Of a stretch of DNA of 64,000 bases, positions 9,607 through 17,268 are shown one piece after another (position 1 is the first letter of the stretch; each line of letters opens with the position of its first letter). Below the pieces are notes generated by a model that was not told the origin of the DNA, ran no database searches, and worked only from the letters and a program-made list of their open reading frames with translations. Source of the stretch: Nanobdellota archaeon. Its GTDB lineage: Archaea > Nanobdellota > Nanobdellia > Pacearchaeales > GW2011-AR1. The DNA lies in assembly GCA_030611805.1 (NCBI GenBank), contig JAUWPB010000001.1, positions 24,765-88,764 of the forward strand. The letters are read 5' to 3'. The position numbers and the translations under genes are program-made.

Positions 9607-10257
9607 TTAAATATTTGTCGTAATCTTTGTGTGGATATTATCACATTCTACTTTGTCTATATTAATTATTCTATTATTATTCATATCCATTCTTGGACAT
9701 GCTGTGTTTACCCAAGAGTCTAATCCAAAGTTTTCAAACTCATTTACATTAATATTATTGCTAAGAAATAAATAGGATTTTTTAGTTTTTATTTTTTTCA
9801 CGAAATCTAAAGCCCTTTTCAAATTTTGCTGACCGGGTTTTGTTGAAACCAGAATTCCAACTTTATTTGCATTAAGAAATTTCACATAAGATGCTTTTTG
9901 TTTTTTTTCAAAGTTTTCAATATCCATTTTAGATATTTTTGTCAGTTGATTATTCTCTAATATATAAACAGGAAATTTTGTTTGAATTGCTAAAGAGATT
10001 GCGTGGAATCTGCCAGACCCGATTAATAGTATGGCTTGCGTGTTTTTTGGAAAATTAGGTCTAGAACAACCTAACACTTGGATAAATTTGGTTATCTTCT
10101 TTTCTTTGATTAGTATATTTTTTATTTCAAAAGCAATATCCTGATATTGAATAGAGTAAGTGATTGCAATTTTTTCAGGAAGTTTTTTAGAAAGAGAAAA
10201 AATTTTAGGTTTGTTTACTTTTGATTTTATTTTTGCCGGTAGGAATAAAGTTTTCAT
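9607..10257 (-). CDS. dph2: Dph2-like 2-(3-amino-3-carboxypropyl)histidine synthase homolog lacking the N-terminal domain
   Basis: QVLGCSRPNF...ILLIGSGRFHAISLAI...KVGILVSTKPGQ...VNTACPRMD match domains 2-3 of archaeal Dph2 (QVLGCN...LFIGSGIFHPLGLAV...VVVACPRVP); no equivalent of domain 1. Confidence 0.55.
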   Translation of the reverse strand: MKTLFLPAKIKSKVNKPKIFSLSKKLPEKIAITYSIQYQDIAFEIKNILIKEKKITKFIQVLGCSRPNFPKNTQAILLIGSGRFHAISLAIQTKFPVYILENNQLTKISKMDIENFEKKQKASYVKFLNANKVGILVSTKPGQQNLKRALDFVKKIKTKKSYLFLSNNINVNEFENFGLDSWVNTACPRMDMNNNRIINIDKVECDNIHTKITTNI

Positions 10258-10290
10258 ATTAGACTGCTAAAGATTTATAAGTTATAAAAC

Positions 10291-10836
10291 TTGTTAAAAT
10301 CAAAAATGAAAATAAGTAGAAAATATTTTTTGGAGGAGAATTTTGAACATTTAATAGAAAGTAATGCTGGTTATGCTCTCTTAATTTTTCAAGGAGCTAA
10401 AGGAAAGCAAGATTTGAGAGAACTATTTCAAATTATAAAAAACCAACCGAATAATAAGAGTATTTGGATTGAAAATCCAAAAAAGGAATATCATTTTTTG
10501 AAAATAATTTCAAAAGAAATTGGAATAAAAAATCTCTCTTCCACAAATTTAACTTATAATTATGTTATGGCTAAATTAGCAGATACTAAAATAAAAACCA
10601 ATTTATTTATTCCCTCACTGGAAAAAATATTCTACAACTTTGATAAACAATCCTATTCATTAAAAAAAGCCAGATTTAATGCCCGACTCCGTGCCTCATG
10701 GTACCACCATGATGGTTTATTGCACATTTGTGCCTCTGTTGAAAATGAAAATTCTGAAGAATATAAATCTACTCTGGGAAACCCTGATTTTCCTTTTTAT
10801 GTAAATAATTTTTGTGTAAAGGAAATCACAGATTGA
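10291..10836 (+). CDS. Hypothetical protein
   Basis: ORF track only. Confidence 0.3.
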   Translation: MLKSKMKISRKYFLEENFEHLIESNAGYALLIFQGAKGKQDLRELFQIIKNQPNNKSIWIENPKKEYHFLKIISKEIGIKNLSSTNLTYNYVMAKLADTKIKTNLFIPSLEKIFYNFDKQSYSLKKARFNARLRASWYHHDGLLHICASVENENSEEYKSTLGNPDFPFYVNNFCVKEITD

Positions 10837-10892
10837 TTGAAATAAAGTAAGATTAGGAGTTTTAAAGTTTTAGTTAAAAGAGATTCCGTTGA

Positions 10893-11189
10893 CTAATCTT
10901 TCAAAAGTGCATCTATTGCAGTAATACGAGAAGCTTCATCTTCCTTGAAAACTTCAATTATCTTTGTTGCCTGAAGAAACTTATATTGATTATTTCCAGC
11001 TTCATATGCATTAAGAAGCCTTTGTCTTCCAGGAAAAGAGTAACTATGTAATGTTTCTCTAAATATATCTGCATGAGTTTCAAAATTAAAGGGAATTTCT
11101 CCTGCTCTTAATATTGCTAAATCTTTTCTATAAATTTCTGCTATGACATCCCTATTTTCCTCAACAAGATCTTCGGAATTTTTAACCAT
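10893..11189 (-). CDS. Hypothetical protein
   Basis: ORF track only. Confidence 0.3.
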   Translation of the reverse strand: MVKNSEDLVEENRDVIAEIYRKDLAILRAGEIPFNFETHADIFRETLHSYSFPGRQRLLNAYEAGNNQYKFLQATKIIEVFKEDEASRITAIDALLKD

Positions 11190-11301
11190 AGCTTTTCCAA
11201 AAATAGTTAATTTAAAAAGATTATTGTTATTTTATTTCCTATAATTAATTGTATACTTTAAAATCAATTAAATATAATTTTTACTATTAGAAAAATAAAA
11301 T

Positions 11302-11694
11302 TCATTCCCATCTATCTTTTTTTTCTTGCTTTGGTTTTGTAGTTGCTTTACTAATTTTTGCAAAACTAGGTGTCACAATAACTGTGTTTTCACCAAAGCC
11401 AGCAATACTTCCTTCAAGAGCATCTGTTGTTTTTTTGATTTTTGAGATTGCTCTTTTTAATTCAATAGAATCTTTTTTCCTTAGTATTTTTATATCAATT
11501 ATGGCAATAGTATAACCCTCTCTTAAAGCATGAAGAATTTCAGTGACATCTTCGTAATCTTTTAGCACAAAGAGTTTCACAAGAACCTTGTTTTCTTTTT
11601 CATCTTTTCCCAAATCAATCTCTAAATATTCATCCTCGGCAAAATCATTGCCCATTGGATTTGAAAAAACTTTTTTTATTTTATTGAAAATCAT
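11302..11694 (-). CDS. sepF: Cell division protein SepF homolog
   Basis: KLFVLKDYEDVTEILHALREGYTIAIIDIKILRKKD...GENTVIVTPSFAKI resembles archaeal SepF (DUF552); FtsZ encoded 5.5 kb away. Confidence 0.6.
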   Translation of the reverse strand: MIFNKIKKVFSNPMGNDFAEDEYLEIDLGKDEKENKVLVKLFVLKDYEDVTEILHALREGYTIAIIDIKILRKKDSIELKRAISKIKKTTDALEGSIAGFGENTVIVTPSFAKISKATTKPKQEKKDRWE

Positions 11695-11821
11695 GATAAA
11701 TTGAACTTGTTAAGATTTATAAAGATTTCGGGGGTTTTTTGTATATATTTTTGAGAATAGGATTTAATTATTCAAATATATAGCAGAGGATAATAAAAGA
11801 TATAAAGAAGATATTTAGTTT

Positions 11822-12235
11822 TTGTATATTGATATTATCAGTTTAAAATTATTGCCTTTTAAAAATTCAGAAGATAGAGAAAGTGAGGGGGAATATTTCG
11901 GTGACAGTGGGATAGCTTTGGGATTTTGTGGGGGAGTGCATCCTCTTCGTGTTACAGGACTAGAAAGAGGAGCAGCCATTTATGAACTTGTGTTATTTAA
12001 AAAAATAATTCCTTTTACAATTGAAACTTATTGGGATGAAATTAAAGAGGGAAGATTTCAGAAATTGTTATGGAAAGATGAAAATGGGAAAAAATATCGT
12101 ACATTGTCTACTCTAACAAGACACCTAACACTTAAAGGTTTTAAGGATTTTTATGATAACTCCACCAGTGTAGAAGATTTTATAAAAAAAGGAGAAGGTT
12201 TGTCTAAATTTTTTGGATACTACATTTATTTTTGA
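11822..12235 (+). CDS. Hypothetical protein
   Basis: ORF track only. Confidence 0.3.
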   Translation: MYIDIISLKLLPFKNSEDRESEGEYFGDSGIALGFCGGVHPLRVTGLERGAAIYELVLFKKIIPFTIETYWDEIKEGRFQKLLWKDENGKKYRTLSTLTRHLTLKGFKDFYDNSTSVEDFIKKGEGLSKFFGYYIYF

Positions 12236-12247
12236 TTACAAATAAAA

Positions 12248-12571
12248 TTACTTCTTCATAGCTTTCATTATTTCTTCACGAAGTTTTTCTAACTGCTCTG
12301 CTAAAGAAGTTTCCTGCTTTTCAATTGTCTTTATTCTCAATGAAAGAAGTTTGTCTTTATTTGAAAGTTCTTCCTGCATTTTTGATTTGTCTGTTTTAAT
12401 CATTAACTGCCCGATAATTTTGAAAACTTCATCTCCTGAACTTTCTATTTCTTTTAATGCAGACTGAGTTTCAGATAATTCCATTTGAAAAGCTTGTTTT
12501 TGAAGAAGTAAATTCTGAAGATTTTGCTCAAGAAATTGTATTTCCTGTATTTTTTGATTTTGGTCTGCCAT
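12248..12571 (-). CDS. pfdB: Prefoldin beta subunit
   Basis: 107-aa coiled-coil protein, heptad-rich, position downstream of RpoP/L37ae as in archaeal exosome superoperon. Confidence 0.55.
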   Translation of the reverse strand: MADQNQKIQEIQFLEQNLQNLLLQKQAFQMELSETQSALKEIESSGDEVFKIIGQLMIKTDKSKMQEELSNKDKLLSLRIKTIEKQETSLAEQLEKLREEIMKAMKK

Positions 12572-12572
12572 A

Positions 12573-12710
12573 TTAATCTGAGCTTACCTTTTTTACTTTT
12601 GTTCTTGGTTTGAAAAAAATCTTGCTTCCACAAGCAGGGCAAACAAATCTTTTTTCAAGAATTTTATTTGTTATTTTTTTTCCACATTTAAAACATTTAT
12701 AAGTTGTCAT
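12573..12710 (-). CDS. rpoP: DNA-directed RNA polymerase subunit P (RpoP/Rpb12 homolog)
   Basis: Hand-translated 45 aa MTTYKCFKCGKKITNKILEKRFVCPACGSKIFFKPRTKVKKVSSD with two CxxC zinc-ribbon pairs; missed by ORF track (<60 aa). Confidence 0.65.
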   Translation of the reverse strand: MTTYKCFKCGKKITNKILEKRFVCPACGSKIFFKPRTKVKKVSSD

Positions 12711-12871
12711 TTTAAACCATTAATCCTCATATTTGTATATTGTATAATTTTAGCAACTTTTTCCTCGCATGATGAAACATAATAAGGATTGCTAAATCTT
12801 TTAATTTTTTTATTAGATGAATCTAATATTTCTCTTACTTTTTTTTGTTGATAATTTAATTGTTCATTCAT
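12707..12871 (-). CDS. Small hypothetical protein (54 aa) translationally coupled to rpoP
   Basis: MNEQLNYQQKKVREILDSSNKKIKRFSNPYYVSSCEEKVAKIIQYTNMRINGLK; its TGA overlaps rpoP ATG (ATGA). Confidence 0.35.
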   Translation of the reverse strand: MNEQLNYQQKKVREILDSSNKKIKRFSNPYYVSSCEEKVAKIIQYTNMRINGLK

Positions 12872-12901
12872 TTTATTATTTATTTTACTTATTTTATAAA
12901 T

Positions 12902-13123
12902 TTATTCATCTAAATAATATGTATCTGATGCAAATTTTTTATTGCATTTTGAACATTGCCAGATTCCTTTTGAGAGCCTTTTGACACCAAGTTTTTCGCA
13001 GAACGGGCATTTTTGCTTTACTCTTTGTCTTGTTTCTACTTTAACTAATTTTGTTCTTACTCTCTTTCCATATCTTGCTCCAAATCTTCCTGCTGATTTT
13101 GTTTTTTTTAATTTTGTTGGCAT
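12902..13123 (-). CDS. rpl37ae: Ribosomal protein L37Ae (eL43)
   Basis: C4 zinc ribbon CPFC...CSKC; RFGARYGKRVR motif. Confidence 0.8.
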   Translation of the reverse strand: MPTKLKKTKSAGRFGARYGKRVRTKLVKVETRQRVKQKCPFCEKLGVKRLSKGIWQCSKCNKKFASDTYYLDE

Positions 13124-13215
13124 GCGAGGACACCCACGGTTTCCTTCGAGTAACTTTCCCTCTTGTTGCAGTTGGGCGATTTTTTTTCACCCCTCGACGA
13201 AAATCGCACACAGAA
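13124..13215 (-). promoter_or_regulatory. GC-rich structured leader upstream of rpl37ae (hairpin GCGATTTT...AAAATCGC)
   Basis: Local GC content far above surroundings; perfect 8-bp stem gcgatttt/aaaatcgc and further pairing; no C/D or H/ACA boxes seen. Confidence 0.25.
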
Positions 13216-13298
13216 AGTTAAACGAATGATTTAATATATATTATATGTGAAAATTAGGTTTTAAAATGTTTTGCTTTGATTTTTCTGTACTTGGAATT

Positions 13299-13475
13299 TT
13301 ATCTCTTTTCATCAGCTCTTTTAGTAATAGCTAATAATCGCTCTTGGTTTATCTTCTCAAGAAGACAATCTTTCTTCGCAGAATCAAGATATCCTCTAGC
13401 TTGTTCAGGAGACAAATCTCTTGCTAGGATTCTATACCCTAAATTCTCATCTCCGTATATTCTTTTTTCTATCAT
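13299..13475 (-). CDS. Small hypothetical protein (58 aa)
   Basis: Hand-translated MIEKRIYGDENLGYRILARDLSPEQARGYLDSAKKDCLLEKINQERLLAITKRADEKR; charged, non-repetitive, looks more plausible than track ORF 13276..13506 on + strand. Confidence 0.25.
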   Translation of the reverse strand: MIEKRIYGDENLGYRILARDLSPEQARGYLDSAKKDCLLEKINQERLLAITKRADEKR

Positions 13476-13516
13476 CTTAATATTAAATTATAAAATCAGT
13501 TTTTAAAGTTTTGTGG

Positions 13517-13535
13517 ATGGGGTCGCCAGGATTTG
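13517..13535. repeat. 19-nt direct repeat of tRNA-Pro 3' end (atggggtcgccaggatttg)
   Basis: Identical to 13610..13628; degenerate T-arm beside it. Confidence 0.7.
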
Positions 13536-13610
13536 GCGTCGGAAATAAATTCCTCACTACATTTCGAACTTTGTTCAAAACATAAACCCGAGGGTTCAAA
13601 TCTAATTTTA

Positions 13611-13684
13611 TGGGGTCGCCAGGATTTGAACCTGGGTCTCGAAGTCCCAAACCTCGGATACTAACCAAGCTATACTACGACCCC
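13611..13684 (-). tRNA. tRNA-Pro (anticodon UGG)
   Basis: Cloverleaf folded by hand: acceptor GGGGTCG/CGACCCC, anticodon stem CGAGG/CTTCG loop TTTGGGA, T-arm CCAGG-TTCAAAT-CCTGG, discriminator A. Confidence 0.85.
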
Positions 13685-13716
13685 TGTTAAAATGAACAAT
13701 TATTTTATTTATAAAA

Positions 13717-14415
13717 CTATTTTTTCTTTCCCTCATCCTTTTTCTCTTCTTTATTCTCTTCTTTATTCTCTTCTGCTTCCTTAGCTTCCTCTTCTTTCTT
13801 TTCAACTTCAGCTTCTTTTTCTTTTTCTTCCTGCTTAATTAGTTTCTCTTGCTCGCTTTTTATTTCTGAGAAATATTCACTTAATTCTGCTTTTTTTTCT
13901 TCAGAAGTTTCTGTTTTCTCTTCTTGAATTTCTTTGTCATATTTTCCCGAATCAATCTCCTGCTCAACTTCAAAAGCAGGTTTACTCTCAACTAAAATTC
14001 CCAAACTAACACAACTTCCGACAACTGTTTTTACGGCCGTCTTTAAATCTTTACAAAGCAGATTTGGCAATTTGGTCTTTGCTACAGAGATTATTTGTTC
14101 TATAGAAGCATTTGCTACTTTTGTTTTAAGCTGCATCCCTGAACCTTTTTCAACACCTAATTCTTTCTTCAATAACTCTGAAACAGGAGGAGAAAACACT
14201 TTAATATCAAATTCTTTTGTTGACGTATCAATATCCAACTCCACAGGAACTTTTAACCCCTTGAAATCTTTTGTTGCTTCATTTACTTTTTGAATAACCT
14301 GACTAATGTTAATTCCTATTGGACCTAATTTTTGACTAAGAGCTGGTCCTGGTTTCATGCTTCCGCCTTCAACTAAAAGTTTAATTATCATCTTCTTCCT
14401 CCTCGTCTTGTTCAC
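13717..14415 (-). CDS. rpl11: Ribosomal protein L11 (uL11) with long K/E-rich C-terminal extension
   Basis: IIKLLVEGGSMKPGPALSQKLGPIGINISQVIQKVNEATKDFKG; probable start at internal MIIKL; 70-aa acidic/lysine tail. Confidence 0.85.
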   Translation of the reverse strand: MNKTRRKKMIIKLLVEGGSMKPGPALSQKLGPIGINISQVIQKVNEATKDFKGLKVPVELDIDTSTKEFDIKVFSPPVSELLKKELGVEKGSGMQLKTKVANASIEQIISVAKTKLPNLLCKDLKTAVKTVVGSCVSLGILVESKPAFEVEQEIDSGKYDKEIQEEKTETSEEKKAELSEYFSEIKSEQEKLIKQEEKEKEAEVEKKEEEAKEAEENKEENKEEKKDEGKKK

Positions 14416-14845
14416 GCCTTATAACTTTAACATTGTCCAACTTAACTGTAACTGGTAATGGAACCACTGCTCCCAATAAACTTACAACAACTTCTTCTTT
14501 TTGTTTGTCTATTCTTACAACTTTTGCTTTTTCTTTTTTAAAAGGTTCTGCAATCATTTCAACAATATCTCCGTTTTTTATTGAAATAGAAGTGGCTGAA
14601 GGTTCAATCATGTTTTTGACTTCCTCATAGCCGATTGTTTTTCCAATAATTCCTTTCACATAAGGCAGATTAAATACAGCTTCTTCTGCAGATTCCCTGT
14701 TTTCTGCTTCTAAAAGAATATATCCTCTTAAACCATGAGGCCTTGAGACTGAAAACACATTGAGGTTCTTTTTTTCAATTCTATCGCTAATCATATCTAC
14801 TGCTCTTTCTTCCTTATTTGTTGTGACCTTGATAATAAAAATCAT
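14381..14845 (-). CDS. spt5: Transcription elongation factor Spt5 (NusG homolog)
   Basis: NGN domain + KOW (GDIVEMIAEPFKKEKAKVVRIDKQKEEVVVSLL); conserved position between secE and rpl11. Confidence 0.85.
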   Translation of the reverse strand: MIFIIKVTTNKEERAVDMISDRIEKKNLNVFSVSRPHGLRGYILLEAENRESAEEAVFNLPYVKGIIGKTIGYEEVKNMIEPSATSISIKNGDIVEMIAEPFKKEKAKVVRIDKQKEEVVVSLLGAVVPLPVTVKLDNVKVIRREQDEEEEDDN

Positions 14846-14936
14846 TTTGTTCCATCTATCCTTTAATTGAAAATTATTAAAGAATAATAATATTGATTAA
14901 GAAAAGGGGTTTATAAAATTTGTGATAAAATAATTT

Positions 14937-15113
14937 CTAAATAAACATCTTCATAATTATTGAGATTAAAAATCCAAGAACGCCCAGTATTAAAATTCCA
15001 ATTGCAGAAACTTTTGTGATTGTCTCGAATTCTTTTCTCGTGGGTTTTTTCAAAACATGCCATACTCTTTTGCATTTCATAAAAAAAGATTTTGTTGGTG
15101 TCCAAAGTTCCAT
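14937..15113 (-). CDS. secE: Preprotein translocase subunit SecE (Sec61 gamma)
   Basis: Hand-translated MELWTPTKSFFMKCKRVWHVLKKPTRKEFETITKVSAIGILILGVLGFLISIIMKMFI (alternative start at 15080); matches archaeal SecE RVW.VLKKPT...AKVT.LGI; track ORF 14911..15105 is a different frame. Confidence 0.65.
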   Translation of the reverse strand: MELWTPTKSFFMKCKRVWHVLKKPTRKEFETITKVSAIGILILGVLGFLISIIMKMFI

Positions 15114-15433
15114 GGAAGAAAGAAGACGTGGGGGTTTTTAAAATATTCGGGAAAGGTTTATTTTATTAATTAATTTATCAACTATTCTCTTACTATCACC
15201 ACAATTTCAATTTTCGCAGTTCTAGAATTGCTACTAATTGTCAAAGTTGAATTTTACTGGCTCTTTTTAGAGCTCCAATAAAAGAGCGTGTGGCCCAGCC
15301 ACTTATTAAAGTTAGCTAGGAATATTATAAAGAAAAATTTATTTTTATATTTAACTATTTAAAATTTTGATGGCTTTTTCATATTTTTTATTGATTTCTG
15401 CTATCTGTTTTTCTCTTTCTTTTTGCAAATTAT

Positions 15434-16165
15434 TCAGAGATAATCTTCTAAAATTTTCGGCGCGACGCCTACGGCGTCCAAAACAACCACCCGACCATTG
15501 TCACTGGAATCAGCAAGACTGCCAAACCTGGAATTCAGGTAGTCATTCCTGTTCAAGTAAACCCTCGACAACCCATTCTCTTTTGTGTAAAGAGTTTTTG
15601 TCTGGTTTCCTAATTGAATTGTATTATTTTGATGAGCAAATCTTTTATCATTAATTATTTTTGTATCTTGTCCAATTTTCAAAAGTAAACCATATTTATT
15701 TTTAGAATTATTATCTTTAACTAATTCTAATCCAGAAATTCTTAAGGGATTTTCAGAAGAAAATTCATATTTTTCTTCTTGAACTTGTTTTACTAAATTT
15801 TCTAAAATATATTTGTTAGCATCGTAAGTTGGTATCCCTGTTCTTAAAATTATCTCTCGAACATCTGTGTAAAAAGAGTTATCAAAAAAATTATTTGTAT
15901 CAACAGAAGAATAAATTCTTTCAGTATCTTCTAATAAAATTACTTTTTGGGATTCTGGAAGAGATAAATTTGCTTCATTGTTAAATAAAAAGTTAGAACC
16001 TCGTCCATTTTCACAATCAATTCCATTCATTATTTTTTTGCAAGCTAAACTATTTTCTCCAAATTTTTCTCTTGTTTTTGCTTTTGTTTCTTGATAAATT
16101 TCACTTCCAGCAATAAAATATCTGTCCATTGGAACTTTAACTTTTGGTATTAGTATTTCTTTCAT
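15434..16165 (-). CDS. Hypothetical protein
   Basis: ORF track; 3' end includes GC-rich hairpin gacgcc-tac-ggcgtc. Confidence 0.35.
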   Translation of the reverse strand: MKEILIPKVKVPMDRYFIAGSEIYQETKAKTREKFGENSLACKKIMNGIDCENGRGSNFLFNNEANLSLPESQKVILLEDTERIYSSVDTNNFFDNSFYTDVREIILRTGIPTYDANKYILENLVKQVQEEKYEFSSENPLRISGLELVKDNNSKNKYGLLLKIGQDTKIINDKRFAHQNNTIQLGNQTKTLYTKENGLSRVYLNRNDYLNSRFGSLADSSDNGRVVVLDAVGVAPKILEDYL

Positions 16166-16334
16166 GCCAGTTCTAAAAATGTTTAATTTATAAATCTTTC
16201 TATTCTGTCACCTTTCAAAAATAGTTACATTACTTAACAAACCCAACTCTCTTCAATAACTCATTCCCAATTATCCTCCCTAAAACTCCTTTTCTTGCTT
16301 TTTCAATACCTTAGCACCTGTTATATTGGTTAAA

Positions 16335-16646
16335 TTAAGGTCCAAAGCGGTGCCCGATTTTTCCAGTTGAAACTTCATAATGTCTAAGATTTGGTTCTCC
16401 ATCTTTGCTTACTCCCTGAAAAATATATGGTAAAATAATCTCTCCATTCTTTCTATCAAGTGTGAGTTCTAAAATAGTCTCAGGTTTATTATTTCTAGAA
16501 GATGTCGTTGTAACCATTCCCTCAAGGGAATCAAGAGAATTATTAGAGTGAAAGAAATGACCAAAACCATAAGGCAATTCACGATAATTTTTTATTGGTT
16601 TACCTTTATTGTTAATGAGAACTCTGTTGATTATTTCATATTTCAT
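16335..16646 (-). CDS. Hypothetical small protein (ftsZ-downstream cluster)
   Basis: ORF track; tightly spaced with next two ORFs. Confidence 0.3.
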   Translation of the reverse strand: MKYEIINRVLINNKGKPIKNYRELPYGFGHFFHSNNSLDSLEGMVTTTSSRNNKPETILELTLDRKNGEIILPYIFQGVSKDGEPNLRHYEVSTGKIGHRFGP

Positions 16647-16658
16647 TTTATTTAAAAT

Positions 16659-16961
16659 TTACTTTTCTATCTTAATCTTAAAATATTCTCCCCAATTACA
16701 ATTAATTTCAAGATTTCCTGCTGAATTTAATAAAGGACGCCCAATTATATAACAGTAATGATTTGTTAATGCATTTTGTTCAGTTTCTATAGATTTAATG
16801 CACATCAAACTATTTGGATTGTATTCCCTTCCTCCTGAAATTGGGTGATTAAAAAAAACTTTTTCCGGCAAAACTCTAAGATAAGAACAATCAAAAGGAT
16901 TTTCTAATCCAATAGATTTAAGATATTCTGCAAATTGTTTTTGATCCATAAATTCTTTCAT
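16659..16961 (-). CDS. Hypothetical small protein (ftsZ-downstream cluster)
   Basis: ORF track. Confidence 0.3.
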   Translation of the reverse strand: MKEFMDQKQFAEYLKSIGLENPFDCSYLRVLPEKVFFNHPISGGREYNPNSLMCIKSIETEQNALTNHYCYIIGRPLLNSAGNLEINCNWGEYFKIKIEK

Positions 16962-16974
16962 TTTATTTAAAAAA

Positions 16975-17268
16975 CTAAACCCTCAATTCCTTTTGTTTAA
17001 CACTTTCAAGAGTTTTGTTAGAAGGGAGAGTAACAATATCTCTCAAATTTCTTCTTTGTTTCTGATTCAAAACTCTTTGTGCCCTCTCTGTAAAAATTAA
17101 TGTAGCTTTGGAAATTGTTTGGTTAAGTGGTTCTGTAAATATCTTAAAAACATCAACAAAATTATTATAGTTTCTATGTGATGCATATTGCCCTTTAGGG
17201 TCTTTGACAATCAGCCCCTCTTGAGAATTAAAATCTATTTTATATTCCATCTTATTCAAAAAACTCAA
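16975..17268 (-). CDS. Hypothetical small protein overlapping ftsZ stop
   Basis: ORF track; start overlaps last 17 nt of ftsZ. Confidence 0.3.
   Translation of the reverse strand: MSFLNKMEYKIDFNSQEGLIVKDPKGQYASHRNYNNFVDVFKIFTEPLNQTISKATLIFTERAQRVLNQKQRRNLRDIVTLPSNKTLESVKQKELRV

Noticed and set aside
12454-12642. Track ORF (62 aa, minus) overlapping pfdB/rpoP
   Set aside because: It is a K-rich artefact frame. The real gene here is the 45-aa zinc-ribbon RpoP in another frame.
13124-13230. Box C/D or H/ACA sRNA in the GC-rich segment
   Set aside because: No RUGAUGA/CUGA boxes or ACA box placement was found on either strand. It is kept only as a generic structured leader.
13276-13506. Track ORF 76 aa on + strand
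   Set aside because: It is hydrophobic and low-complexity. A 58-aa charged ORF lies on the opposite strand, and neither is strongly supported.
14911-15105. Track ORF (64 aa) upstream of spt5
   Set aside because: It is in a different frame from the hand-identified SecE (14937-15113), whose sequence matches the conserved SecE pattern. The track ORF has no recognisable features.
15120-15433. Possible tRNA/ncRNA in the 313-nt secE upstream spacer
   Set aside because: No cloverleaf or T-loop/D-loop motif was found. Only short hairpins (GTGGC-cca-GCCAC) are present.
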